Source of the DNA: Acidobacteriota bacterium
GTDB lineage: Bacteria; Acidobacteriota; JAAYUB01
NCBI GenBank assembly: GCA_018001935.1
Contig: JAGNHB010000024.1
Span: forward strand, 8,511 to 72,510
DNA length: 64,000 bases
Reading direction: 5' to 3'
Part shown: piece by piece, positions 17,810 through 26,946 of the stretch
Numbering within the stretch: position 1 is the stretch's first letter
How the letters are laid out: every line of letters starts with the position of its first letter
Made by a program: the position numbers and the translations under genes
The notes under the pieces: generated by a model
The model's input: only the letters and a program-made list of their open reading frames with translations
What the model was told of the DNA's origin: nothing
Database searches by the model: none

Positions 17810-18900
17810 TGTCGCGACTCCTTCCAGTTGAGGAACTTGCGGGTTTCGATCATCTGGCGCTTCAGCTCGTCCGGCATGACGGCGTAATGGAAGCGGAAGA
17901 CGTCCTCCAGGGCGTAGGGCGGCTGGTTCTCCACCTCCGTGAAGCGGGCGTCGATCTCCCGCTTGAACTGCTCCACGGCGCGGGCTTCCCGGCCCGCGTC
18001 CCACATGCCCAGGGACTCCACGTGGAGGCGCAGGCGCCGGATGGGGTCCTTCGGTTCCCACAGGGCCTCCTCCTCCGGGGTCCGGTAGCGGGAGGGGTCG
18101 TCGGAGGTGGTGTGGGCGCCCCGCCGGTAGGTCAGCGCCTCGATGAGGACCGGCCCCTTCCCCGCCTCGGCGTGCTCCCGGGCGGCCAGGGCCGCGGCGT
18201 GCACGGCGAGGAGGTCGTTGCCGTCCACCTGGATGCCGGCGATGCCATAGGCGAGGGCCTTGATGGCGAGGGTCTTCGAGGCCGTCTGCTTCGACCGCGG
18301 GCAGGAGATGGCGTACTGGTTGTTCTGGCAGACGAAGACCACGGGGGCCTTCCACACCCCGGCGAAGTTGAGGGCCTCGTGGAAGTCGCCCTCGGAGGTG
18401 CCCCCGTCCCCGAAAAAGACGAAGACCACGCCGGGTTTCCCCTGGTACTTGAGGGCGTAGCCGATCCCCGCGGCGTGGAGGTTCTGGGACGAGATGGGGA
18501 CCGAGAAGGGGAGCATGTTGGGGGCGCCCTCCAGCCGGCAGCCGTCCTCGCTGCCGCTGAAGTAGAGGAAGATGTCCTTCATCGTGGCGCCCTTGGCCAG
18601 CCAGGCGCCCAGCTCGCGGTAGGCGGGGCAGAGCCAGTCGATGTCCCGCATCACCAGGCCGACGCCCACCCCGATGGCTTCCTGGCCGAGGTTGGGCGGG
18701 TAGGTGTACATCCGGCCCTGGCGCTGGTAGGACACGGCCATCTGGTCGGCGGTGCGGACGAAGAGCATCTTCTCCAGCGCCGCCGCCCGGGCCTCGGGTG
18801 GAAGGCCGGGGTCCGCGTCGGTCGAGGCGATCCGGCCCTCGTCGTCCAGGATCCGGAACATCCGGTCCGAGAGGGGGTTGAACGTTTCCAGAATATCCAT
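17806..18900 (-). CDS. 2-oxoacid dehydrogenase E1 component alpha subunit (TPP-dependent; PDH/BCKDH/acetoin dehydrogenase family)
   Basis: Start at MDILETFNPLSD.. TPP-binding motif GDGGTSEGDFHEALNFAGVWKAPVVFVCQNNQYAIS. Four-nucleotide overlap with the E1 beta gene. Confidence 0.8.
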   Translation of the reverse strand: MDILETFNPLSDRMFRILDDEGRIASTDADPGLPPEARAAALEKMLFVRTADQMAVSYQRQGRMYTYPPNLGQEAIGVGVGLVMRDIDWLCPAYRELGAWLAKGATMKDIFLYFSGSEDGCRLEGAPNMLPFSVPISSQNLHAAGIGYALKYQGKPGVVFVFFGDGGTSEGDFHEALNFAGVWKAPVVFVCQNNQYAISCPRSKQTASKTLAIKALAYGIAGIQVDGNDLLAVHAAALAAREHAEAGKGPVLIEALTYRRGAHTTSDDPSRYRTPEEEALWEPKDPIRRLRLHVESLGMWDAGREARAVEQFKREIDARFTEVENQPPYALEDVFRFHYAVMPDELKRQMIETRKFLNWKESRQ

Positions 18901-19196
18901 GGCGGTCTCCCTTGGGAATGGCGGTTCACCGTCGCGTCGTGCCGGGTCCGAAGAACTCCCGACTATTATAAACCGTTTCGACGACAGACCAAATACCATT
19001 GATGATCTCGGCGGGGGACGGATTCACCCGGCGGCGGGTGGCACGCGGCCCGCGGGGACGGCCGTGCCCTGATCCGGATGCGGGCCGGGCGGGTTGTCCG
19101 CCCGGAAGATTCGAGGAAATGCCGCTTGCCTTTTCCCCCGGGCGAGGAATAAAATGAAGAATCTGTTTGCTTCGCGTTAAGAATGGAGCACACGCC

Positions 19197-19823
19197 ATGT
19201 TCAAGAAACTTTTGCCACGGGAAGTCAGCTTCTTCGACTACTTCGAGCAGCACGTCGACACCACGCTGGAGGCCAGCAAGATCTTCCTGGAAATCACCTC
19301 CAACGGGCCCGAGATGGAGTCCAAGGTCTCGCGGATCAAGGCCCTCGAGCACCAGGCGGACAACATCACCCACAAGTGCATCGAGGCCCTCCACAAGACC
19401 TTCATCACCCCCATCGACCGGCACGAGATCCACGCCCTCATCAAGCGGCTGGACGACATCACCGACGACATCGACGGCGCCGCGGCGCGCCTGGTGATGT
19501 ACGAGCTGACCTCGATCCGTTCCGAGGCCCGGGACCTCGCCGAGATCCTGGTGAAGGCGTGCACCGAGCTGTGCAAGGCCGTCCGAGGCCTGCGGAACGT
19601 GGCGCAGGCCAAGGGGATCATCGACATCTGCATCCAGGTCCACCAGTACGAGAACGACGGCGACGTGGCCATGCGCACGGCCCTGGTCCGCCTGCTGAAG
19701 GAGGAGCAGTCGCCGGTGATGGTGGTCAAGTGGAAGGAGATCTTCGAGATGTTGGAACGCGCCACCGACAGCTGCGAGGACGTGGCCAACATCATCGAAG
19801 GCGTCGTGATCGAGGCGAGCTGA
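19197..19823 (+). CDS. DUF47 family protein (PhoU-like phosphate transport regulator, PitA-associated)
   Basis: ATG at 19197 (MFKKLLPREVSFFDYFEQH...); the ORF track's 19167 start is TTG. Matches the TIGR00153/DUF47 family. Stop immediately precedes pitA. Confidence 0.75.
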   Translation: MFKKLLPREVSFFDYFEQHVDTTLEASKIFLEITSNGPEMESKVSRIKALEHQADNITHKCIEALHKTFITPIDRHEIHALIKRLDDITDDIDGAAARLVMYELTSIRSEARDLAEILVKACTELCKAVRGLRNVAQAKGIIDICIQVHQYENDGDVAMRTALVRLLKEEQSPVMVVKWKEIFEMLERATDSCEDVANIIEGVVIEAS

Positions 19824-19824
19824 C

Positions 19825-20859
19825 ATGCCCCTGGAAACCCTGTGGTGGGTGGTCCTCGCCACCGTCCTGACCGCCCTGGCCTTCGACGTCATCAACGGGT
19901 TCCACGACGCGGCCAACTCCATCGCCACCATCGTCTCCACCCGGGTCCTCTCCCCGCGTTTCGCGGTCTTGTGGGCGGCCTTCTTCAACTTCGCCGCCAT
20001 GTTCATCTTCGCCCCAAAGGTGGCCGACACCATCTCCAAGATCGTCATCATCGAGCAGGGGAAGCCCGCCTTCGTCTTCGTGGTGCTCAGCGGCCTGCTC
20101 GGCGCCATCGTCTGGGACCTGCTCACCTGGTGGTGGGGGCTCCCCACCAGCTCCTCCCACGCCCTCATCGGCGGCCTCGCCGGGTCCGGCGTCGCCTACG
20201 GCGGCTGGGGCGTCATCCACTGGGACAAGCTGGGCTCCGCCATGCTCTTCATCCCCATCGCCCCGCTGATCGGCTTCGTGGTGGCCTTCGCCTTCATGGT
20301 CGCCGTCATCTGGATCGTGCACAAGCAGCGCCCCCAGGCCGTGGACCGCTTCTTCCGGAAGGGGCAGCTGGTCTCCGCCGCCCTCTACTCCCTCGGGCAC
20401 GGCGGCAACGACGCCCAGAAGACCATGGGGATCATCGTGGCCCTCTTCGTGGCCACCGGCGCCTTCACCGCCCACACGAGCCTCTCCCTCGGAAGCAGCC
20501 AAACGGCCTGGATCGTCCTCTCCTGCAACGCCGCCATGGCCATCGGTACGGCCCTGGGGGGGTGGCGCATCGTCAAGACCATGGGCATGAAGATGACCAA
20601 ACTCAAGCCCATTGGGGGTTTCTGCGCCGAGACCGCCGGGGCCTTCACCCTCTTCCTGGCCACCGTCACGGGGATCCCCGTGTCCACCACCCACACCATC
20701 GCGGGCGCCATCGTGGGCGTGGGCGCCACCACCAAGCTCTCCGGCATCAAGTGGGGCGTCGCCATGCGCATCGTCTGGTCCTGGATCCTGACGATCCCCT
20801 TCTCCGCCGTCGTCGGCGCCGCCTGCTTCCTCTTCTTCAAGCTGCTGGTCCGCTTCTGA
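19825..20859 (+). CDS. pitA: inorganic phosphate transporter, PiT family
   Basis: FDVINGFHDAANSIATIVSTRVL and GHGGNDAQKTMGII are PiT signature repeats. Polytopic membrane protein. Confidence 0.85.
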   Translation: MPLETLWWVVLATVLTALAFDVINGFHDAANSIATIVSTRVLSPRFAVLWAAFFNFAAMFIFAPKVADTISKIVIIEQGKPAFVFVVLSGLLGAIVWDLLTWWWGLPTSSSHALIGGLAGSGVAYGGWGVIHWDKLGSAMLFIPIAPLIGFVVAFAFMVAVIWIVHKQRPQAVDRFFRKGQLVSAALYSLGHGGNDAQKTMGIIVALFVATGAFTAHTSLSLGSSQTAWIVLSCNAAMAIGTALGGWRIVKTMGMKMTKLKPIGGFCAETAGAFTLFLATVTGIPVSTTHTIAGAIVGVGATTKLSGIKWGVAMRIVWSWILTIPFSAVVGAACFLFFKLLVRF

Positions 20860-20980
20860 GCCGGGGCGGCCGCCAACAGATCAAATCACTGAAGCACGGA
20901 CGAACCCGGTGGCGGGAGAGGAAGCCGTGTCGCCCCGGGCGGGAACGCCGCAACGTTCCCCCTTCCGCCGGCGGGAAACC

Positions 20981-22105
20981 TCACCGCCTTCCGGCCTTCC
21001 GGTAGGCCGCCAGGGCCGGCGCCAGGCGGGGGGTGGTCTCGTAGACGCCGCGGCGGTCGGTGCGCCGGAGGACCCCCGCGGCGAGCCACTGCTGGATGCG
21101 GGGGTGGGGGACCCCCTGCCCCGTGAGTTCGCGGGCGGTGATGGTGGGCGGGGGCGCCGGGGCCGCCTCGCCGCGGCGGGGACGTCCCCGCGGGCGGGCC
21201 GGCCGGGGGGCGGGGACCGATTCCGGGGCGGGCGCCGGGGCCGCCACGCTTCGCCGCGGGCGTCCCCGCGGGCGGGCCGGCGTCCCGACGGCCGGTGCGT
21301 CCGTCGGGGCGGGTGTCGGGGCCGCGGCGGGCTTCCCCTTCCCGCGGGGCGCGGCCGGCGGTGCGGGAAGGTCGTCCAGCTCGATGCCGAAGAGGCCGGA
21401 AAGGTCGGTTTCGTCCAGGCGGCTGTCCGCTTTCGGCGCGGTGCCCTTCAGGATGGCGTCCACGCCGGCACGGCCCGCCATCTCGCCGGGGTCCACCCCC
21501 CTCAGGCGGAAGAGCAGCTCGGGGGCGTGGTCGAGCCGGGCGCCCACCCCGTAGAGGGCGGCGGCCACGTGCTTGCACAGGGAGGCGTAGTCGGGGCAGG
21601 AGCAGGTGAAGCGGATCTCCCGGGGCGTGGGGAACAGACCCGTCCCCTCCCGGGTGATGACGGCCATCACGGCGTCGGAGAGCTTCCCCTGGAGCAACTC
21701 GAGGGCCGAGCCGATCTTCCCGGCGCACTCCGCCACCAGCGCTTCCCAGCGCCCCTTCGCGAGGGGGGCGATGTCCACCTCCACCCGGTAGAGGTGGGTG
21801 CCCATCACCAGCGCCTTCACCCGGCCCGTCTCCACCTTGAGGTCGAGGACCGTGCCGTTCCGCACGTAGGTGCGCCCGCGGGGGAGTCGGTTGGCGTAGT
21901 CCCCGTAGCGCTCCAGGTTGGCGCACCAGGCCTTTCCCCAGAAGGTGTCTGCCAGGGTGCGGCCCCGGACGGTCACCGGGGAGAGGTCCTCGCCCTTCTT
22001 CCGCCGGGCGGCCGCCTCCCGCTCGGCCTTCCTCCGCCGTTCCGCCACCGGCACGTACGGCGGAAAACCGTACCGGTCGTCGTCGTAGCGTCTGCGTCTT
22101 CGCAT
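20981..22105 (-). CDS. SWIM zinc-finger protein with C-terminal AT-hook-like RPRGRPRR repeats
   Basis: SWIM CxCxnCxH motif FTCSCPDYASLCKHVAAALY. Pro/Ala-rich linker with two RPRGRPRR (AT-hook-like) elements. Immediately downstream of, and co-oriented with, the SNF2 helicase gene. Confidence 0.75.
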   Translation of the reverse strand: MRRRRRYDDDRYGFPPYVPVAERRRKAEREAAARRKKGEDLSPVTVRGRTLADTFWGKAWCANLERYGDYANRLPRGRTYVRNGTVLDLKVETGRVKALVMGTHLYRVEVDIAPLAKGRWEALVAECAGKIGSALELLQGKLSDAVMAVITREGTGLFPTPREIRFTCSCPDYASLCKHVAAALYGVGARLDHAPELLFRLRGVDPGEMAGRAGVDAILKGTAPKADSRLDETDLSGLFGIELDDLPAPPAAPRGKGKPAAAPTPAPTDAPAVGTPARPRGRPRRSVAAPAPAPESVPAPRPARPRGRPRRGEAAPAPPPTITARELTGQGVPHPRIQQWLAAGVLRRTDRRGVYETTPRLAPALAAYRKAGRR

Positions 22106-22154
22106 GGGTTCTCCTTCCGTTATCGCGTCGAGCCCGGGCGGCGACGAGCAACCC

Positions 22155-24854
22155 TCAGGCGTCGCCCAGGGCCGACCGGAGGTCCAGCGCCACCACCCGC
22201 AGCAGTTCGCGGTTGTCCAGTTCGGTGAGCACCGCCTCGCCGCCCCCGTCCACCACGTCGCGGGAAATCGCCTTCTTGCCCTCGATGAGTTCGTGGATCT
22301 TCTCCTCCACCGTCCCCCGGCAGACGAACTTGTGGACCAGGACGTTCCGGTGCTGACCGATCCGGAACGCGCGGTCGGTGGCCTGGTTCTCCACCGCCGG
22401 GTTCCACCAGCGGTCGAAGTGGATCACGTGGCCGGCCTCCGTCAGGTTCAGGCCCGTCCCGCCGGCCTTCATCGAGAGGACGAAAAACGGCGGCCCGTCG
22501 TCGCGCTGGAAGGTGTCCACCAGCTCTTTCCGCCGGCGGACGGGGGTCCCCCCGTGCAACACCAGGCCGGGACGGCCGAAAACCCCCGCCAGGAACCGCT
22601 CGAGGGGGTCCGTCATCTCCCGGAACTGGGTGAAGACCAGGGCCTTCTCCCGCCGGGAGGCCACGGTTTCCGCGATCTCCCCCAGCCGGTCGAACTTCCC
22701 GCTCTCGTCGGGGGGAAACTCCCCGCTCCCCAGCCAGTGGGCGGGGTGGTTGCAGATCTGCTTGAATCGCATCAGGAAGGACAGGATGACGCCGCGCCGC
22801 CGGATGCCGTCCAGGGTTTGGAGCAGGCGCTCCAGCTCCTCCACCGCCTGCTGGTAGAGGGCCGCCTGCCGCGGGGAGAGGGCGCACCAGGAGACCACCT
22901 CCGTCTTGTCGGGAAGGTCGGCGATCACCGAGCGGTCCGTCTTCATCCGCCGCAGGATGTAAGGGCGGGTCAGCCGCCGCAGGGGAGCGAAACCGTCGGG
23001 GCCGCCCTCCCCCAGGGCCTTGGCGAAGCGGCCGAACTCCCGGGACGAGCCCAGCAGCCCCGGGTTGAGGAAGTCGAAGAGGGACCAGAGGTCGGTGAGA
23101 CGGTTTTCCACCGGGGTCCCGGTCAGGGCCAGGCGGGCGCCCGCGCGCAGGGCCTTGGCGGACCGGGTCTGGCGGGCGCCGGGGTTCTTGACGGCCTGGG
23201 CCTCGTCCAGCACCACCAGGGACCACTCCGTCTCCGCGACCCAGGGAAGCCGGAAAAGGGAGGCGTACGAGGTGATCACCAGGTCGTACCCCCGGACGGC
23301 CTCCGGGGAAAAGGCGGCCAGGTCCTCGGGGGGCGTCGCCGAGGCGTGGGCGGTGAGCAGCCGCAGCCCGGGGGCGAAGCGCTCCGCCTCCGAGCGCCAG
23401 TTGGCCAGCAGGGAGGCGGGCGCGACCAGGAGGGTCACGTGGCCGGGGGCCTCCGCCTGGAGCAGCAGGAGGAGGGCCAGGACCTGCATGGTCTTGCCCA
23501 GGCCCATGTCGTCGGCCAGGCAGGCGCCAAGCCGAAGGCGGTGGAGCAGGCGGAGCCACTGCACGCCCTTCCGCTGGTAGGGGCGGAGTTCGGCCTTGAG
23601 AGCGTCCCCGGGGTCGGCGGACAGCCCCGCCGCCGCGGACCCCCCGTCCAGGAGCCCGGCGACCCAGCGCCCCGCCGCCACCACCGACCAGGCGGAGCGC
23701 TCCTCGGGGGGCAGGGTCTCGCCGCCCTCCAGGCCGGCGCCGGCCAGCAGGCGCATCCCCTCGATGAAGGAGAGGCCGTCCTCGCCGGCCCTTTTCCCCA
23801 CCCGCTCCCAGTGCTCCAGCACCTCCGACAGCTTTTCCCGGTCCACCTCCACCCACTTCCCCCGGATTCTCACCAGCCGGTCGGCCGCGGCCAGGATCCC
23901 TCGCCACTCTTCCTCCGAGAGGGGTTCGCCGTCCAGGGTCAGCTCCACCCGGAAGTCCAGCAGCGCACCCAGTCCCACCGAGACGGGCGGCCGATCCCCC
24001 AGGGTCAGGCGCACCTGGGGGCGCGGCGGGCGGCGGGGGTTCCACCAGTCGGGCAGGCGCACCACGACCCCTCCCTCCTCGAAGCAGGGGACGTCCTGGA
24101 GGAAGCGGTACGCCTCGTCCACCGTCCAGGAGAGGGGGTGGAAGATCTCCCCGGAGTCGGCCAGGGCGCGCAGGAACACGCTGTTCCGGGCCGCCTCGTG
24201 GATGGGGGTCAGCAGCCCCCGCAGGGCCTCCCGGTCGTCGGCGTACTCCCGGAGCGCCCGCTCCAGGGGCAGGTGCTGAAGCCGGGCCCCCTCCGACAGG
24301 CGGGACGTGTAGGTGGCCAGGAAGGCGAAGGGGCGGTCCGGGCGGTTCCGGTTTTCCGCCAGGTGGAAACAGATCCGCCCCACCATCCGCCACAAGGGGT
24401 TGGACGCGTGGAACCAGTCGGCCACGGTCCCGGGGTAGGCGGCCACCGCGCGGCGGAAGGCCTCCTGCATCCCGCCCCAGAGCGCGGCGAGCACGGGCGG
24501 GGCCAGGTATTCCCCCCCCGGCATGGGCGGGGCCGCGGCGGCGAGGTCCTCCCACTCCTCCCGGGGCGGGGCGACCTCGACGCGTTCCCGGAGGGACTCC
24601 AGGTCCGGCACCGCCCGGAGCCGCAGGGCGAAGGAGCGCCCGAGGTCGCGCCAGAACCGGGGGAGGGCCGGCAGTTCGGATGCCGTCTCCGCCACGCCGA
24701 GGTGAAGCAGGAGGCCGCCCCCGTCCCCGGGTGGAAGGGCGCCGAGCCTCTCGGCCAAAGCGGTCGGAAGGGCCTGCTCCTCCGCTTCCGCCGGGGCCAG
24801 GAAAAGCCCCCCGTGCGGGGAGAGCGCGAGGGTCAGGGCGGCGGTCGGGTCCAT
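22155..24854 (-). CDS. SNF2/Swi2 family helicase with N-terminal DUF3670-like region
   Basis: Start at MDPTAALTLALSP. Helicase motif I LADDMGLGKT, DEAQ box (VVLDEAQAVKN), C-terminal helicase motifs (MKAGGTGLNLTEAGHVIHFDRWWNPAVENQATDRAFRIGQ). Confidence 0.8.
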   Translation of the reverse strand: MDPTAALTLALSPHGGLFLAPAEAEEQALPTALAERLGALPPGDGGGLLLHLGVAETASELPALPRFWRDLGRSFALRLRAVPDLESLRERVEVAPPREEWEDLAAAAPPMPGGEYLAPPVLAALWGGMQEAFRRAVAAYPGTVADWFHASNPLWRMVGRICFHLAENRNRPDRPFAFLATYTSRLSEGARLQHLPLERALREYADDREALRGLLTPIHEAARNSVFLRALADSGEIFHPLSWTVDEAYRFLQDVPCFEEGGVVVRLPDWWNPRRPPRPQVRLTLGDRPPVSVGLGALLDFRVELTLDGEPLSEEEWRGILAAADRLVRIRGKWVEVDREKLSEVLEHWERVGKRAGEDGLSFIEGMRLLAGAGLEGGETLPPEERSAWSVVAAGRWVAGLLDGGSAAAGLSADPGDALKAELRPYQRKGVQWLRLLHRLRLGACLADDMGLGKTMQVLALLLLLQAEAPGHVTLLVAPASLLANWRSEAERFAPGLRLLTAHASATPPEDLAAFSPEAVRGYDLVITSYASLFRLPWVAETEWSLVVLDEAQAVKNPGARQTRSAKALRAGARLALTGTPVENRLTDLWSLFDFLNPGLLGSSREFGRFAKALGEGGPDGFAPLRRLTRPYILRRMKTDRSVIADLPDKTEVVSWCALSPRQAALYQQAVEELERLLQTLDGIRRRGVILSFLMRFKQICNHPAHWLGSGEFPPDESGKFDRLGEIAETVASRREKALVFTQFREMTDPLERFLAGVFGRPGLVLHGGTPVRRRKELVDTFQRDDGPPFFVLSMKAGGTGLNLTEAGHVIHFDRWWNPAVENQATDRAFRIGQHRNVLVHKFVCRGTVEEKIHELIEGKKAISRDVVDGGGEAVLTELDNRELLRVVALDLRSALGDA

Positions 24855-25077
24855 GGGGGACGTCTCCTTCCGGAATCCGGGGTCGAAGGATACCGCATCC
24901 GGGTGACCGATGCAATGCCTCGCTTCGGAAGTCGTTCCTTCCTCGCCGCCAAGTCGCCCTACCGCTGCCCGGCGCGGACCAATCGTTATGTCCTCTTGAT
25001 TATTCATTACTTGCACTTCTGGCAGCTATCTCCCCATGATTTTATTGGGGTTAGACAGAACCTGGCACTGTACCCCG

Positions 25078-25214
25078 CCGCTTCCGACGGCGCTCCGGCG
25101 GCTTGCGCGCCTTGTTCCTGGGGTTAGTCAAAAAGCGGCGCTCCGTCAGACCTTCGCGCCGCACTCCCCAGGTCACCCCCACCGGCGCTCCGGCGGCCTG
25201 CGCGACGTACTCCC
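25078..25214. repeat. family F2 partial copy
   Basis: CCGACGGCGCTCCGGCGGCTTGCGCGCCTTGTTCCTGGGGTTAGTCAAAAAGCGGCGCTCCGTCAGACCTTCGCGCCGCACTCCCCAGGTCACCCCCACCGGCGCTCCGGCGGCCTGCGCG. Confidence 0.7.
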
Positions 25215-25374
25215 TATCGGTCCATTCAGATTGAATCCCTGACGGGGTGGGGGCCCGGCGGCACGCGGGGGGAATGGGTGTCCTGGCCCTTGATCGCAGG
25301 TGGTGGTCCTGATTCTGCTGGCGCTCGCCGTCCTTTTGGCCGTTGTGGATCGTGGCGTTTCGCGCCCTCGACCC

Positions 25375-25560
25375 GGGGGGATCGTGTACGCCGCGTCCAC
25401 ATGCCGCGGGGATCGTGGCCGCCGGGTCCCCACGCCGCCGGGATTGTGCCCGCCGCGTCCTCGCCCTGGGGGATCGTCCCCTCTGCGTCTTCACCCCGTC
25501 AGGGGTGAAATGTTTGTAGAAAAGGCAGTTACAAAGATTCTCCTCCCCCGCGCGCCGCCG
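25375..25560. repeat. family F3: degenerate ~30-nt tandem array (core CCGCGGGGATCGTG) followed by a GGGGTGAAAT.TTTGTAGAAAAGGCAGTTA.AAAGATTCTCCTCCCCCGCGCGCCGCCGG element
   Basis: The same composite occurs in inverse orientation, with its hairpin part duplicated head-to-head, at 61765..62230. Confidence 0.7.
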
Positions 25561-25862
25561 GCCGGGATGTTGCCCGCGGCACGGTTTATCCCCGGCGGCG
25601 CGCGGGGGGAAATAATCAATAACCTCTATTACTACAAATGTTCGCCCCCTACGGGGGCGGGGCCGGTCGACCGCGGGGCGAACGGTGATGGCCCGCCGGG
25701 CTCTTTAGAAACAGATTCGCAACACATTTGTTGCGAAACGAGGTTTCTGGTCGACTGGACGGCCGTCCCGCCGCCCTCACCACAAGTATTACACGCCTGC
25801 GGCGTTCGGACGCCGATTTGTGCAAGGGCCGGAACGTCGTTGTGAGGGGGGCCAATCCCGTA

Positions 25863-26180
25863 CGGCGCGCAGGTCTGACGGAGCGCCGGCTAGACTACGC
25901 CCTGGGGAGTGCGGCGCGCAGGTCTGAAGAGCGCCGGCTAGACTACGCCCTGGGGAGTGCGGCGCGCAGGTCTGACGGAGCGCCGCTTTGACCGCGCCGC
26001 GCAGGCTTCCGGAGCGGCGCGGGAATCGTGCCGGGAGGAGGAGGCCCGGCGCTCCGGGAGCGGTGCGCCCGTCCGGCGACCTTGCTGTCCCCGCGCTTGC
26101 GATGCGGCCCCCTTCCGACGGCGCTCCGGCGGCCTGCGCGCCTTGCTCCTGGGGTATGTCAAAAAGCGGCGCTCAGTGGG
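25863..26180. repeat. family F2: ~250-300-nt composite intergenic repeat (contains ...CCGACGGCGCTCCGGCGGCCTGCGCGCCTTGCTCCTGGGGT.TGTCAAAAAGCGGCGCTC...)
   Basis: Near-identical to 35592..35855 and partly to 25078..25214. Includes two reverse-oriented sub-copies at 25863..25990. Confidence 0.75.
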
Positions 26181-26946
26181 CGGGCGGGGGGGCGGCGTTC
26201 TCCTTGACGGCGGTGAGGCGCTCGAAGGCGGCCATGATGACGTCCACGGCCTCCGGGTGGTCCCGGATGTAGTCTGCCAGGCGGATCTGGGCGGCGAGGA
26301 AGCCCTTCCCCGCGTGATCGACGCGTTCCATGACGGGGCGGAGCGCCTCGGGGGGCTCCGGCAGCTTCGACAGCTCCGGGTGCCGGGCGGCGGCCGCCGT
26401 CATCGCGTCGCGGACGGCAGCCCAGTCCGCGGCCAGCCGGTCCATGGCGTCGGACATGGCCTTGGGGTCCCGGGCGGCGGCCAGGTCCCGGTTGAACCTT
26501 TCCAGGACGAACACGGACCGGTCGAGCGCGTTCACCAGGTCCCCGTACGCGCCTTCTGCCGGAAGGCGCGCGGGGTCAGCCTGGTCCATCGCGCCGCCCG
26601 GCAGGCGGTGCGTACTTTGGGCGCTTTCTGCTGGAAGGCGCGCGGGGTCGCTCGGGTCGGGTGCGCCGCCCGGCAGGCGGCGCGTACTTTGGGCGCTTTC
26701 TGCCGGAATGTGTCCGGGGTCGTTCGGGTCGGGTGCGCCGCCCGGCAGGCGGCGCGTACTTTGGGCGCTTTCTGCCGGAAGGCGCACGGGGTCGTTCGGG
26801 TCAGGTGCGCCGCCCGGCAGGCGGCGCGTACTGTAGTCGATGAGAAGGATCCCGGCGGCGGCGGAGAGGCCCACACCCAGCAGGAGCAGGGTCAGGAATC
26901 CGCCCCGGGCCCTCTTTTTCGCCATTTGCACTTCATTCGCGCCCAT
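26173..26946 (-). CDS. membrane-anchored hypothetical protein: N-terminal TM helix, four in-frame 24-aa repeats encoded by an intergenic-type palindromic repeat, C-terminal helical domain
   Basis: MGANEVQMAKKRARGGFLTLLLLGVGLSAAAGILLIDY, then 4 x STRRLPGGAPDPNDPVRLPAESAQ (each copy 72 nt), then ~130 aa helical C-terminus (...AMSDAMDRLAADWAAVRDAMTAAAARHPELSKLP...). Overlaps the phoR stop by 14 nt, so it is the last gene of the pst-pho operon. Confidence 0.45.
   Translation of the reverse strand: MGANEVQMAKKRARGGFLTLLLLGVGLSAAAGILLIDYSTRRLPGGAPDPNDPVRLPAESAQSTRRLPGGAPDPNDPGHIPAESAQSTRRLPGGAPDPSDPARLPAESAQSTHRLPGGAMDQADPARLPAEGAYGDLVNALDRSVFVLERFNRDLAAARDPKAMSDAMDRLAADWAAVRDAMTAAAARHPELSKLPEPPEALRPVMERVDHAGKGFLAAQIRLADYIRDHPEAVDVIMAAFERLTAVKENAAPPPAH
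26528..26832. repeat. family F1 palindromic repeat, 4 tandem copies lying in frame inside CDS 26173..26946
   Basis: Four consecutive 72-nt units (GTACTTTGGGCGCTTTCTGCCGGAAGGCGC..GCGCCGCCCGGCAGGCGGCGC). They translate to 4 x STRRLPGGAPDPNDPVRLPAESAQ on the minus strand. Confidence 0.8.
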
